Of a stretch of DNA of 64,000 nucleotides, positions 50,317-59,563 are shown piece after piece (position 1 is the first letter of the stretch; every line of letters begins with the position of its first letter). Below the pieces are notes generated by a model, which worked only from the letters and a program-made list of their open reading frames with translations, had not been told where the DNA came from and did not search any database. Made by a program: the position numbers and the translations under genes. The stretch covers positions 991,078-1,055,077 of the forward strand of contig JBFLYH010000002.1 in assembly GCA_040756875.1 (NCBI GenBank). Direction: 5' to 3'. This DNA comes from a candidate division FCPU426 bacterium. GTDB taxonomy: Bacteria; Oederibacteriota; JAAXVQ01; JAUVAV01.

Positions 50317-51150
50317 ATGAAAAAGATAGCAGGAGTATTGGCAGTATTGCTCGGTCTTTCAGCGCAAATAGCGCTGGCGGACATTCCGGGAACCATCAAT
50401 TACCAAGGCCGGCTGACAGATACTGCCGGTAATCCGGTGGCAAACGGAACGTATGGGGTAACCTTTGCGCTGCATTACACGGCCGAAGGCAACAGCCCAA
50501 CAGGTTGGAGCGAAGTGCAAAACGTGGAAACAAAAGGTGGATATTTTATTATTGCCCTGGGCAGCCAGAACTCGCTGAGTGGCTTGGGTTTCAATTACCC
50601 GTATTATTTGGAGATCCATGTTGCAGGTGACGCCCAATCCATGAGCCCAAGGCAGCTTCTGAGCAGTGTGCCGTATGCCATGAGGGCGAGGGAAGCTACG
50701 CATGCTACTGCGGCCGATAGTGCTACAACTGCGAATAACGCGAGCAATCTAGGCGGGTTTGCTGCAAATACTTTTATTAGGAATATTGCAAATTCAGTAT
50801 CTAATACAAACCTTCAATCAGGTTCAGTTACGCAGGACAAGGCGCAGTTCGCACCAGCGGTTTCTTTCAATGGCGCATTAATATCTTATCCGAAAATAGC
50901 AGCTGGTTATATTGATACCAATGAAAGCGGGGAAGCTAATGTCGCTTTTTCGGGGATTACTTTTTCTCAGCCTCCGGTAATATCATGTGTTATATATCAT
51001 ACCAATCCCGCTTATATCAATCCATCGGTCGTTACAATCGAGAGCGTCTATTCGACGGGGTTTTACGCTAGATCATGGTATCAGAATGGGTCCGGCACAC
51101 ATGTCCAGACGGGGCCACTTAGGTTTTCGTATATTGCTATTGGACAATAA
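50317..51150 (+). CDS. Secreted tail-fibre-like / adhesin protein (INYQGRL-type N-domain, lectin-like tip)
   Basis: SD AGGAG; signal peptide; IPGTINYQGRLTD..GNP, PRQ.L.SVPYA..A, fibre-like repeats, C-terminal F...FSQPPV...Y.A.G. Confidence 0.7.
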   Translation: MKKIAGVLAVLLGLSAQIALADIPGTINYQGRLTDTAGNPVANGTYGVTFALHYTAEGNSPTGWSEVQNVETKGGYFIIALGSQNSLSGLGFNYPYYLEIHVAGDAQSMSPRQLLSSVPYAMRAREATHATAADSATTANNASNLGGFAANTFIRNIANSVSNTNLQSGSVTQDKAQFAPAVSFNGALISYPKIAAGYIDTNESGEANVAFSGITFSQPPVISCVIYHTNPAYINPSVVTIESVYSTGFYARSWYQNGSGTHVQTGPLRFSYIAIGQ

Positions 51151-51159
51151 ACAATAATT

Positions 51160-53055
51160 ATGAAATTGAATTCAACTGACATTAAGTATTGGGAAATACT
51201 ATTTTGGGGTCTGGTGTTACTCAGCTTAAAAACATACGCCGTTCCTGTGACTCCTGGGTTGGATCCGTCGTGGAACTTGGGCATGAATTTAATTTCTGCC
51301 TATGGAATTCAATGCGGCAAAGAAGTGTTTTTCAATTATGGACCACTTTTCCCATTAATCAACCTGTTGCCAGTAAATCCAATTTATGAAACATGGGTAA
51401 TCATCACCTGTCTCATTCAGGGGATATTTTTCTATAGCATTTGGTCGTTAGTTAAAAATAATGATGCAAAAACACGGGAGTATACTGTTGGTGGAATCAT
51501 ATTCCTTCTTCTAATTAGTTCGTCAGTTGGGATTGAAAACATATTAGTATTCACACCAATAATCTGCTTGCTCAATTATCACGAGAACGACAAAGCTAGA
51601 TGGCTCTGGATTGCCGCGGGAGTTACTTCGATATCTGCGTTAACGAAGACTATTCCGGGTTTGTGTGGATTTGGAGCGGTTGTTTTATATAGCATTTACA
51701 GGATTATTACCGATAGAAACGGGAGTTGGAAAATAGGCATTTTTGGCACAATATTAATCTATCTCACGATGTGGTTGCTTATTTATCGTGATTTCGGCGG
51801 GGTGATTGGTTATTGGAAAGGTGCCTTGGAATTATCATCGGGTTTTTCGACGGCAATGGCTTTGTATTCAAACAATGATTGGGTTTTCTTGGGGCTTTTT
51901 GTGTTATCTCTTGTGGTGATGCCATGGCTATTAAAGAACTCAAAGATATGGTTGCTTTTTTTACTGGCGTCGCCAATGATATTTTATGAATGGAAGCATG
52001 GAATTGTACGTCAATGTGCCCCAAGCATCGCATCTGCGATCGTATTTATGTATACATTTACATTGTTTATAGCGATCTATTATTTTGTTCAGAAACGACG
52101 TGTAACTTGCAAATTAACGGTTATTTTACTGCCACTGATATTTTTATCTGTTTTTTATCAAAGAACGTATCACGAGTCTTGGTTGACTGTGCTCCAATAC
52201 TCTATATTCCAGCCTATACATCAAATGCAAAGGCATCTACTGATAAATTGGCCAAATAAAAGCAAAACGTTAAAGGAGTCTCGACGGAATGTAGAAAGAT
52301 ACGCGGTTGATAAAATAGTGCGAGATAAAATTGGCAGTGAAACTGTTGACTGTTATCCTTGGGAAGTAACATATATATTCGCTAATGATTTTAAATGGAA
52401 ACCACGGCCAGTATTTCAAGCTTATACAACATATACTCCGTGGTTACAAAAGCAAAACGCCGAATACCATCGATCAAAAACATCGGCTCGTTATTTACTC
52501 TGGCATTATGATCACGAAGATGAACCGTTTATTAGCGGAAAGGGATTGGTGGAGATTGACAATAAATACTTATTGAACACCGAACCCGCCGCATTATATC
52601 AAATAATCAGTATTTATTCGCCGGTTTATCAAAGTGAAAGATTGATATTGTTTGAAAAAAGCGAAGAAAATAGCATTCGAAGGGTAATCGAGAATAACAA
52701 ATATGAAGCCAAATGGGGTGAGTGGATTGCCGTATCCACAAATCCTGGTGAAATTATTCGAGCGCAAATAAATGTAAAGAGGCATTTAATAGGACAAATA
52801 CGGAAGTTTCTATATAAAGACGGCGATTGCCATATTTATTATAAAACGGATGAAAATGAAGAAATCAAATACAGATTGAATATATTAAATGCGTCTGAAG
52901 GTATTTGGGTTTCCCCTTTGATAAACAAAATGGACAAACCCAACGATGGCAGACATATTAAAGAAATAAAATTGGTTAAATCGCCTAATACGTATTTTGA
53001 AGACCTATACTCAATTCGTTGGGAACGAATAATTATTCAAAAGAGAGACTTGTGA
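51160..53055 (+). CDS. AT-rich multi-TM GT-C-like membrane protein
   Basis: GLDPSW...G....FNYGPL near N-terminus; about 11 TM; extracytoplasmic YPWE, PRPVFQAY. Confidence 0.7.
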   Translation: MKLNSTDIKYWEILFWGLVLLSLKTYAVPVTPGLDPSWNLGMNLISAYGIQCGKEVFFNYGPLFPLINLLPVNPIYETWVIITCLIQGIFFYSIWSLVKNNDAKTREYTVGGIIFLLLISSSVGIENILVFTPIICLLNYHENDKARWLWIAAGVTSISALTKTIPGLCGFGAVVLYSIYRIITDRNGSWKIGIFGTILIYLTMWLLIYRDFGGVIGYWKGALELSSGFSTAMALYSNNDWVFLGLFVLSLVVMPWLLKNSKIWLLFLLASPMIFYEWKHGIVRQCAPSIASAIVFMYTFTLFIAIYYFVQKRRVTCKLTVILLPLIFLSVFYQRTYHESWLTVLQYSIFQPIHQMQRHLLINWPNKSKTLKESRRNVERYAVDKIVRDKIGSETVDCYPWEVTYIFANDFKWKPRPVFQAYTTYTPWLQKQNAEYHRSKTSARYLLWHYDHEDEPFISGKGLVEIDNKYLLNTEPAALYQIISIYSPVYQSERLILFEKSEENSIRRVIENNKYEAKWGEWIAVSTNPGEIIRAQINVKRHLIGQIRKFLYKDGDCHIYYKTDENEEIKYRLNILNASEGIWVSPLINKMDKPNDGRHIKEIKLVKSPNTYFEDLYSIRWERIIIQKRDL

Positions 53056-53193
53056 CAATAATTCTTCTGATGAATCCCACTTTTACGCTCGCTCTTGGTA
53101 TCAACCAAACAATGACCGCTTCCAACAGAAGGGACCGATTTATTTTTGGTGGATAGCCGTCGGCAAAAGGTGAAAACCGAAAGGACGAAAGGC

Positions 53194-54195
53194 ATGAAGC
53201 GGATTATTGTTGGTATAATAGGATTAATGATGCTCGTCATATGTATTCGCGGGTTTTGGTATTATCCATTGTTTCGAAAACCGCCTATTTTGGAAATGAT
53301 CTCCGACGTCCCGTGTAATATTCCTTATATAAAACTTAAAAATCAAAAAGGTATTTTAAAAAGATATTTTGTTGTTATTGGCGATAAAAAGGCTTCCTTT
53401 CCAGATGCGGGGCAAAAAGGCTGGTCAGAATGGGCAAGTAGTCATGAGATATATATCGATAGCGTGAAAAATTGGATAAAGGTATTCATTGATGAAAAGT
53501 GGTTGATATTCAGAAAAAAAACAGCGTACCTATTCTACCAGCAACCTGGCGGGTTCAATCAATACACAGTATTATTCCGTCATAGATATCAGGGTGACAA
53601 TGAAAAACTTAAAAATAAATACAATATTTATTTTATAGGGGATAGCATCACCCGGGGATTGTATGCGATAAATGAAAGCAATAGTTATTCAGCGCTAGTG
53701 AACGCGAAAGCGGGCATGAAAGGTACGCCTGTAAAATATGCAATTAAAGGGATTGGGATTAGTGACATAGATAAAACTCAAATATTATCGGATTTAACTA
53801 AAAATCAGCCAGAATTAATTATTATCGAGTTGGGTACAAATGATTGGAAGGAAATGGATATAGAGAAATTCAAAAGGAAGTATGAGTCAATGCTCTCGGC
53901 GATAGTCGAAAACGCCAAAGGGACGAAGACAGTTTTACTTGGCCTTTGGGGTGGCTATAAAGCTCTGCCATATGACGCTGTCATTTATGATATAGCGAAG
54001 CACTATCAATATGAATATGTATATTTGGAAGATATTTATGAGGAAAGCGAATATCATAATGAGGAAAACACCGCAACTTCTTTTGGACCTGCCGACTTTT
54101 ACCATCCGTCAGATAAAGGTCATAGGGAAATTGCTAATAGGGTTATATCGGCGATTGTATCGCTTGAAAATAAGCCTTCGCAAGTTCAACGATGA
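53194..54195 (+). CDS. Membrane-anchored SGNH/GDSL hydrolase (esterase or O-acetyltransferase-like)
   Basis: N-terminal TM; FIGDSIT, ELGTND, DFYHPS. Confidence 0.88.
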   Translation: MKRIIVGIIGLMMLVICIRGFWYYPLFRKPPILEMISDVPCNIPYIKLKNQKGILKRYFVVIGDKKASFPDAGQKGWSEWASSHEIYIDSVKNWIKVFIDEKWLIFRKKTAYLFYQQPGGFNQYTVLFRHRYQGDNEKLKNKYNIYFIGDSITRGLYAINESNSYSALVNAKAGMKGTPVKYAIKGIGISDIDKTQILSDLTKNQPELIIIELGTNDWKEMDIEKFKRKYESMLSAIVENAKGTKTVLLGLWGGYKALPYDAVIYDIAKHYQYEYVYLEDIYEESEYHNEENTATSFGPADFYHPSDKGHREIANRVISAIVSLENKPSQVQR

Positions 54196-54484
54196 AGTAC
54201 AGCACTTAACGAGCTGGAGATCTCCGCGCTATAACAGCTACCATACAGATTAAGAAAAAGGTTTGCATTTGGTAAATTAGCCAGATAAAAGAAGATAAAT
54301 GTGCTGACAATTAAAGGAAAAGTGCTGTCACTGCGCTTGCGTAATATAATATAAACCAATTTAGTTAATAAAAAATGCGATTATCACTCGGTTCAATAGA
54401 TTACTAAACTACCTATTATTTCCTGGAACCCACTCCAATAAAAATATTAGAATAAGCTGGCATTTTAATGGTCCGGGAGAACCA

Positions 54485-56020
54485 ATGGACGTGAAATCCT
54501 GGCTTGAAAAAAACGGGAAATGGGCTGGGTGGGCGGGTTTGGCTGCACTTGGGGTGGTGATGGTGCTGATCCGTATGCACTTTGTCGCCGAACCCCTGGA
54601 GCGCAATTACACGGGCTGGGCCTACATCGCCCATCAACTGCTTGCCGGCGAACGTCTCTATACCGACCTTTGGGACATCAAGCCGCCTGGGATTCATATT
54701 CTTTATGTGTTGGGGCATATGCTGTGGGGTTACAAAGCTTCTGCGCTGGTGTATTTGGGCATGCTCCCGGCCCTGGCCTCGCTGCTGCTCATCTACTTTA
54801 TCTTGAATCGCATCTCCAACCGCGCGCTTGCTTTGCTGGGATCGTCGTTTTGGGCCTTGGCTGCCAATGCCCTCCAACTCCAGGGGAACATGCCTGCCAG
54901 CGAGGTATTCATCAATGCCTTTAATCTGTTGGCTATCTGGGGTCTGGTTGAATACTTTTATAAGAAGAACCTCCTCTATCTGTGGCTGGCTGGCGCGGGC
55001 ATGGCGTTTTCATCCTATATCAAGATGCACGCCTTATTCCCGTTTTTACTGTTCTGCCTGTATATCCTTGGGAACAACCTGAAAGATAAAGAACGCCCCT
55101 GGCTTTCAACCACGCTGCGCGAATATATTGCGTTCTCAGTACCCAGCCTGGTTCTGTGGCTGGGGACGTTCGCTTATTTCTACCTGCAACACCGCTTTGC
55201 TGATTTTTACGGAACCGTGTTTGTCGAAATCAGCGGCCACGCGGGCAATATCTTCGGGAACTTTTTCAGATATTTGACGCACAAAAGCCTGTTGCTGCCC
55301 GGATTCATGGTTGAAGTCAAAATCCTGGTGTTGTTTACCTTAGGCTGGGCGTTGCTCAGCTTGGGCGACGCGAAGCCCACGGTGGTCGGCCGTCGGTTTT
55401 GGTTCGTGGTGCTGCTGGGGGAATGCCTTTCTTTGAGCAGCGCGCAGCAATTCTTTGCTTCATATTATCTGCTCTTGCTGCCAGGCATGGTCATTTGCTC
55501 GGTTTTGTTTGTCCGGGAAGTGTTTGAGTTGCTGAAGACCCAATCAGCTCCGGCGCGCTGGCGGATCACGGGGGTTTTGGCTGCGGTCGTCCTTGCCTAC
55601 CTTGGGGCCTATCAAATCAGAGCTTTGAGTCTGACCATGGAACAGGTCACCCGGCTCAAATACAACAGCCTGGAATTCGAACATGCCCGCACTCTGGGTG
55701 AAATCGTCAAAGGCCTGACCCGGCCCGGGGATCTGGTCAGCGGATATTTTTCCAACCCTTCGCTGTACTTCTACAGCGGCCGCAAATGCGCCACCCGGGC
55801 GATATTTTTCGCGCCCAGCACGCAAGTTTTGGTCACACCCGAGGACAGGACCCGCCAGTATTATCAAGACCTGGTTGCCCGTCCACCCGCGGTTTTTGTC
55901 TGGGCCACTTCCTACGGCGACATCAACGGGAGCATGGTCGGGCCGTTTATACATGATAATTATCAATTGGTGCAGCAATATATGTATTATGATATTTATC
56001 AACGAAAACGGGCGGATTAA
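54485..56020 (+). CDS. PMT/ArnT-like GT-C membrane glycosyltransferase
   Basis: IAHQLL.G..LY.DLWD.KPPG; many TM; LYFYSGR soluble C-terminal domain. Confidence 0.8.
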   Translation: MDVKSWLEKNGKWAGWAGLAALGVVMVLIRMHFVAEPLERNYTGWAYIAHQLLAGERLYTDLWDIKPPGIHILYVLGHMLWGYKASALVYLGMLPALASLLLIYFILNRISNRALALLGSSFWALAANALQLQGNMPASEVFINAFNLLAIWGLVEYFYKKNLLYLWLAGAGMAFSSYIKMHALFPFLLFCLYILGNNLKDKERPWLSTTLREYIAFSVPSLVLWLGTFAYFYLQHRFADFYGTVFVEISGHAGNIFGNFFRYLTHKSLLLPGFMVEVKILVLFTLGWALLSLGDAKPTVVGRRFWFVVLLGECLSLSSAQQFFASYYLLLLPGMVICSVLFVREVFELLKTQSAPARWRITGVLAAVVLAYLGAYQIRALSLTMEQVTRLKYNSLEFEHARTLGEIVKGLTRPGDLVSGYFSNPSLYFYSGRKCATRAIFFAPSTQVLVTPEDRTRQYYQDLVARPPAVFVWATSYGDINGSMVGPFIHDNYQLVQQYMYYDIYQRKRAD

Positions 56021-56083
56021 CGGCCCGCTGAGGCAAAAGCAAACCGGCGGCATTCATCCCTCCATCAGGAGCCTTGATTTCCC

Positions 56084-57721
56084 GTGAATTCCTGGTCCAA
56101 GCAAACATCTCCGGAACGTCTGGCATTATGGGCGCTGGTTCTGGCCGCGCTAGCCGTGCGCCTGGGACTGGCCTGGCAGCCCCTGGAACGGCTGCTAGTG
56201 ATGACGGTCTCGGACGATATGTTCTACTACCTCAAGCTGGCGCAGAACTGGGTGGCCGGCCTGGGCGTGACCTTCGACGGCCAGAACCCCACCAATGGCT
56301 TCCATCCGCTGTTTTTCCTCGCGGCTGCCGCGCTGTTCAAGGCAGGGGCCGGCCAGGAAGCAGCCGTCCATTTGCTGCTGATGGTTTCCTCCCTCTGCGG
56401 GTTGGGGACCGCGTGGCTGATCCGGCATTTGGTTCTCAGAATAACCAACGAAGCGTTCCTCGGCCTGCTGGGGTTCGCGCTTTATGCCTTCAACCCGTTT
56501 GCCCTGGCCCTGGAATTCAACGGCCTGGAAACCGCGCTTTACGGGATGCTGCTGATGGCGACTCTGGTTGCTTACCTGGACGTGCGGCAGCAGCCTGCGG
56601 TCAGATGGCCCCGCTGGTTGGGCGTGGGGGCCCTGGCGGGCTTGACGTTTCTGGCGCGGACCGAGGGTATCTTTCTGCCCGCGGTAATGGTCCTGGACTT
56701 TGCCTGGCTGGCGCTGCGAAAACGCCTGCCGGCCGGGCATTGGCAGGGGCTCGGCCTGGGACTGCTGGCAGGCCTGGCCGTGGCTTCGCCCTGGCTCATT
56801 TGGAACCTCGCCCAGTTCGGCACCATTGAACAGGCCTCGGGCAAAATATTTCCCCTGCGCGCGCAGCTGATTCTGGAGCGGACCCTGGGGCGCCTGCCCG
56901 GCTTGGGCGATCATGTCCAATCAGCGCTCAGGAGTTTGGCCTGGAACATTTACATTCTCGCCAGCATGCTGCTGGGAATTCCATATACCGCGTCGAAACG
57001 CGTCGTGCTGTTTTTCGCGGTAGTGCCGGCCTTGGCAGCAGGGTATTTGCTGGGCCGCGGCCGCGGCCAGAAGCAGGCGGGTAGGGCAATGGATTCCCTG
57101 GCGCCGGCCCTGGGATATATCGCGCTGTTGTTCGCCTATTATTCCTTCTACCACCGGGCCTCCCACTGGCGCTATTTTTACTCATTGCTGCTGGTTTTGA
57201 TCCCCACGGGCGCTGCGCTGCTGGCCGGCTGGAAGGACAGCCTGGGAGCGACCGCTTTCCGGCGTTTCGCGGGTTTGGGGGCACTGGTTGTCTATCTTCT
57301 GGCCGCGTCCTGGATCTTGATTGTCCGCGAGCCCAGCTTCCCGCATCAAGCCCGCATGGCCCAGGCCGCGCACTGGATGAAGCAGAACCTGCCCGGAGAA
57401 GCCCGCATCGGCGCGTTCAACGCGGGCATCATGGGCTATTTCAGCGGCCGCCGGGTGGTCAATTTGGACGGGGTGGTGAACAACGCCATGCCCGAAGTGA
57501 TCATCAACCGCAGGCTGGACGGCTATATCCAATCCGAACACCTGACCCATGTGTGCGATTCGCCGGAAGCAGTGGAACTGTATTTCCGGCTTTTCGCGGA
57601 ACACCCGCCGCAGGACCTGCTGGTCGAGGAGCAGGTTTTCGGAGATCCTGTTCATGCGCCCGGCCAGGCGGTCAGCGTGTACCGGATCAAGCAGGATCAG
57701 CCTGCGGCCGGCGGCCAATAA
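56084..57721 (+). CDS. GT-C membrane glycosyltransferase
   Basis: SDDMFYY.K.A.N...G.G.TFDG..PTNGFHPL, NGLET, LARTE, FNAGI.GY, NLDGVVN. Confidence 0.85.
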   Translation: MNSWSKQTSPERLALWALVLAALAVRLGLAWQPLERLLVMTVSDDMFYYLKLAQNWVAGLGVTFDGQNPTNGFHPLFFLAAAALFKAGAGQEAAVHLLLMVSSLCGLGTAWLIRHLVLRITNEAFLGLLGFALYAFNPFALALEFNGLETALYGMLLMATLVAYLDVRQQPAVRWPRWLGVGALAGLTFLARTEGIFLPAVMVLDFAWLALRKRLPAGHWQGLGLGLLAGLAVASPWLIWNLAQFGTIEQASGKIFPLRAQLILERTLGRLPGLGDHVQSALRSLAWNIYILASMLLGIPYTASKRVVLFFAVVPALAAGYLLGRGRGQKQAGRAMDSLAPALGYIALLFAYYSFYHRASHWRYFYSLLLVLIPTGAALLAGWKDSLGATAFRRFAGLGALVVYLLAASWILIVREPSFPHQARMAQAAHWMKQNLPGEARIGAFNAGIMGYFSGRRVVNLDGVVNNAMPEVIINRRLDGYIQSEHLTHVCDSPEAVELYFRLFAEHPPQDLLVEEQVFGDPVHAPGQAVSVYRIKQDQPAAGGQ

Positions 57722-57744
57722 CCCGCAATCAGGAAGGAGAATCT

Positions 57745-58314
57745 ATGCGGCGTTTCGTAATTCTGGGAGCGATGATCATGCTGGTCGGGTGCCAGCGGAT
57801 GGTTTCTTTGCCCGGTGACTTCAAACTGGAGACCTTCAAACGCTGGGAGGTCAAACGGCAGGCGAAATTCATTAATTCCCTCCAGCCCGAGGCCAAACGC
57901 GCTTTTCTGAGGATTCTCATGCCCAACGGTTATTTTAATATCGAGGAAAACGAGGTTAAATTCCTCGGCGGCGAAGTGTTCGTGTGCGACTTCAAGAAGG
58001 ACGTGGGCGGTTATGCGGGCGATCCGGGGCCGGACGGACGGTTCAATTATATCCTGGGACGCTGGCGCCTGATTTTCGACGAGCTGATTCTGCTCAACCC
58101 CCGGAGCGATGAAAACATCCATTTCATGGGCAAGGAACTGATATTGGACAATTCTTCCTACACGGCCGAGGACAATTCGGGCCTGCTGGTGCTGATTTTT
58201 ACGATCATGAAATCATCGCGCATGGAGAACTACGGGGAAATCCCGCTGGTGTTTCTGCCCAACCCCGTGGAATCTCCGGCCATCGCAGATTATACCAAGC
58301 AACTGGGGAACTGA
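57745..58314 (+). CDS. Hypothetical lipoprotein
   Basis: SD AAGGAG; MRRFVILGAMIMLVGC lipobox. Confidence 0.75.
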   Translation: MRRFVILGAMIMLVGCQRMVSLPGDFKLETFKRWEVKRQAKFINSLQPEAKRAFLRILMPNGYFNIEENEVKFLGGEVFVCDFKKDVGGYAGDPGPDGRFNYILGRWRLIFDELILLNPRSDENIHFMGKELILDNSSYTAEDNSGLLVLIFTIMKSSRMENYGEIPLVFLPNPVESPAIADYTKQLGN

Positions 58315-58393
58315 ATCAGAGCCTTCCTGCTGGATGATCCCAATTGAATATGTTATGCTATGGCCATTTTATAAGCCCTGGAAAGGTACCTGC

Positions 58394-59563
58394 ATGCCCA
58401 AATCCTCCAAATCCCGTCCGGCCCGGACCGCTGCGCCGGTCCGCTACGTCAACATCGCCGCCCAACACCGCGCTTTGAGACCCGCGTTGCTGCGGGCCAT
58501 GGACCGGGTGATCCAGGACGGGCATTTCATCCTCGGGCCTGAAACCCAGGCCCTGGAAAAAGAGCTGGCCGGCCGCTGCAGGGCCGGGTACGCCCTGGGC
58601 GTCAACTCCGGAACCGACGCGCTGGTGCTGGCGTTGCGCAGCCTCAACATCGGGCCTGGCCACGAAGTGATCGTGCCGGACTTCACTTTCGTCGCCACGG
58701 CCAGCGCCGTGCTCCTGGTCGGCGCCACGCCGGTGCTGGCGGACGTGGAGCCGGGCACACTGACCCTGGACCCGGCCCAGGCCGCGGCCAAAGTGACGCC
58801 GCGCACGCGCGCGCTGATCCCGGTGCACCTCTACGGGCAGGCCGCGGACATGACGCGGCTGCTGAAGCTGGCGGCGGAGAAAAAACTGGCGGTGGTGGAA
58901 GACGCGGCCCAGGCCCTGGGCGCCACCTGGCAGGGCCGGCCCGTGGGCGCGCTGGGCGATGCGGGCTGCCTGTCGTTTTATCCCACCAAAAACCTGGGCG
59001 GAATGGGCGACGGCGGCATGCTGCTGACCAACCGGCCCGATCTGGCCGCCAGGCTGAAACGCCTGCGGGACCACGGCTCGGACAAGAAATACATTCACGA
59101 GGAACTCGGCCTTAACTCCCGCCTGGACGAGATCCAGTCCGCCGTGCTGCGGATCAAGCTTAAAAAACTGGAGGCCTGGCACAAGCGCCGCCGGGCCATT
59201 GCGAACCAATATTTCCGCGCCTGGCAGGATCTGCCGCTCGTGCTGCCCAAACCCCGCCCGGGCGCGGAGCACGTGTACCACCAATTCACCATCCAGACCC
59301 CCCGCCGCGACGAACTGCAGCGCCACCTTGCGGCCCTGGGCATCAGCACGGGAGTGCACTATCCCATGCCCCTGCATTGCCAACCCCTGCTTTCGGGCCT
59401 CCCCTCGGCTTCGGCCGCCTTTCCGGTGAGCGAACGGGCTGCAAAGGAAATTCTCTGCCTGCCCGTTTTTCCGGAACTGAAGGAGGCGGAAGTCAAGCGC
59501 GTGATCCACGGAGTCCGGCTATTCTTCGTGGCCGAGACGGAGACCGGCAAGCATGGCCGTTAG
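58394..59563 (+). CDS. DegT/DnrJ/EryC1/StrS PLP-dependent sugar aminotransferase
   Basis: NSGTDAL, FTF.ATA, PVHLYGQ, VEDAAQA.G, SFYPTKNLG..GDGG, NSRLDE.Q, HYP.PLH. Confidence 0.95.
   Translation: MPKSSKSRPARTAAPVRYVNIAAQHRALRPALLRAMDRVIQDGHFILGPETQALEKELAGRCRAGYALGVNSGTDALVLALRSLNIGPGHEVIVPDFTFVATASAVLLVGATPVLADVEPGTLTLDPAQAAAKVTPRTRALIPVHLYGQAADMTRLLKLAAEKKLAVVEDAAQALGATWQGRPVGALGDAGCLSFYPTKNLGGMGDGGMLLTNRPDLAARLKRLRDHGSDKKYIHEELGLNSRLDEIQSAVLRIKLKKLEAWHKRRRAIANQYFRAWQDLPLVLPKPRPGAEHVYHQFTIQTPRRDELQRHLAALGISTGVHYPMPLHCQPLLSGLPSASAAFPVSERAAKEILCLPVFPELKEAEVKRVIHGVRLFFVAETETGKHGR

Noticed and set aside
51189-54877. Short alternative-frame ORFs within the AT-rich island
   Set aside because: They overlap longer supported genes and lack SD sites or motifs.
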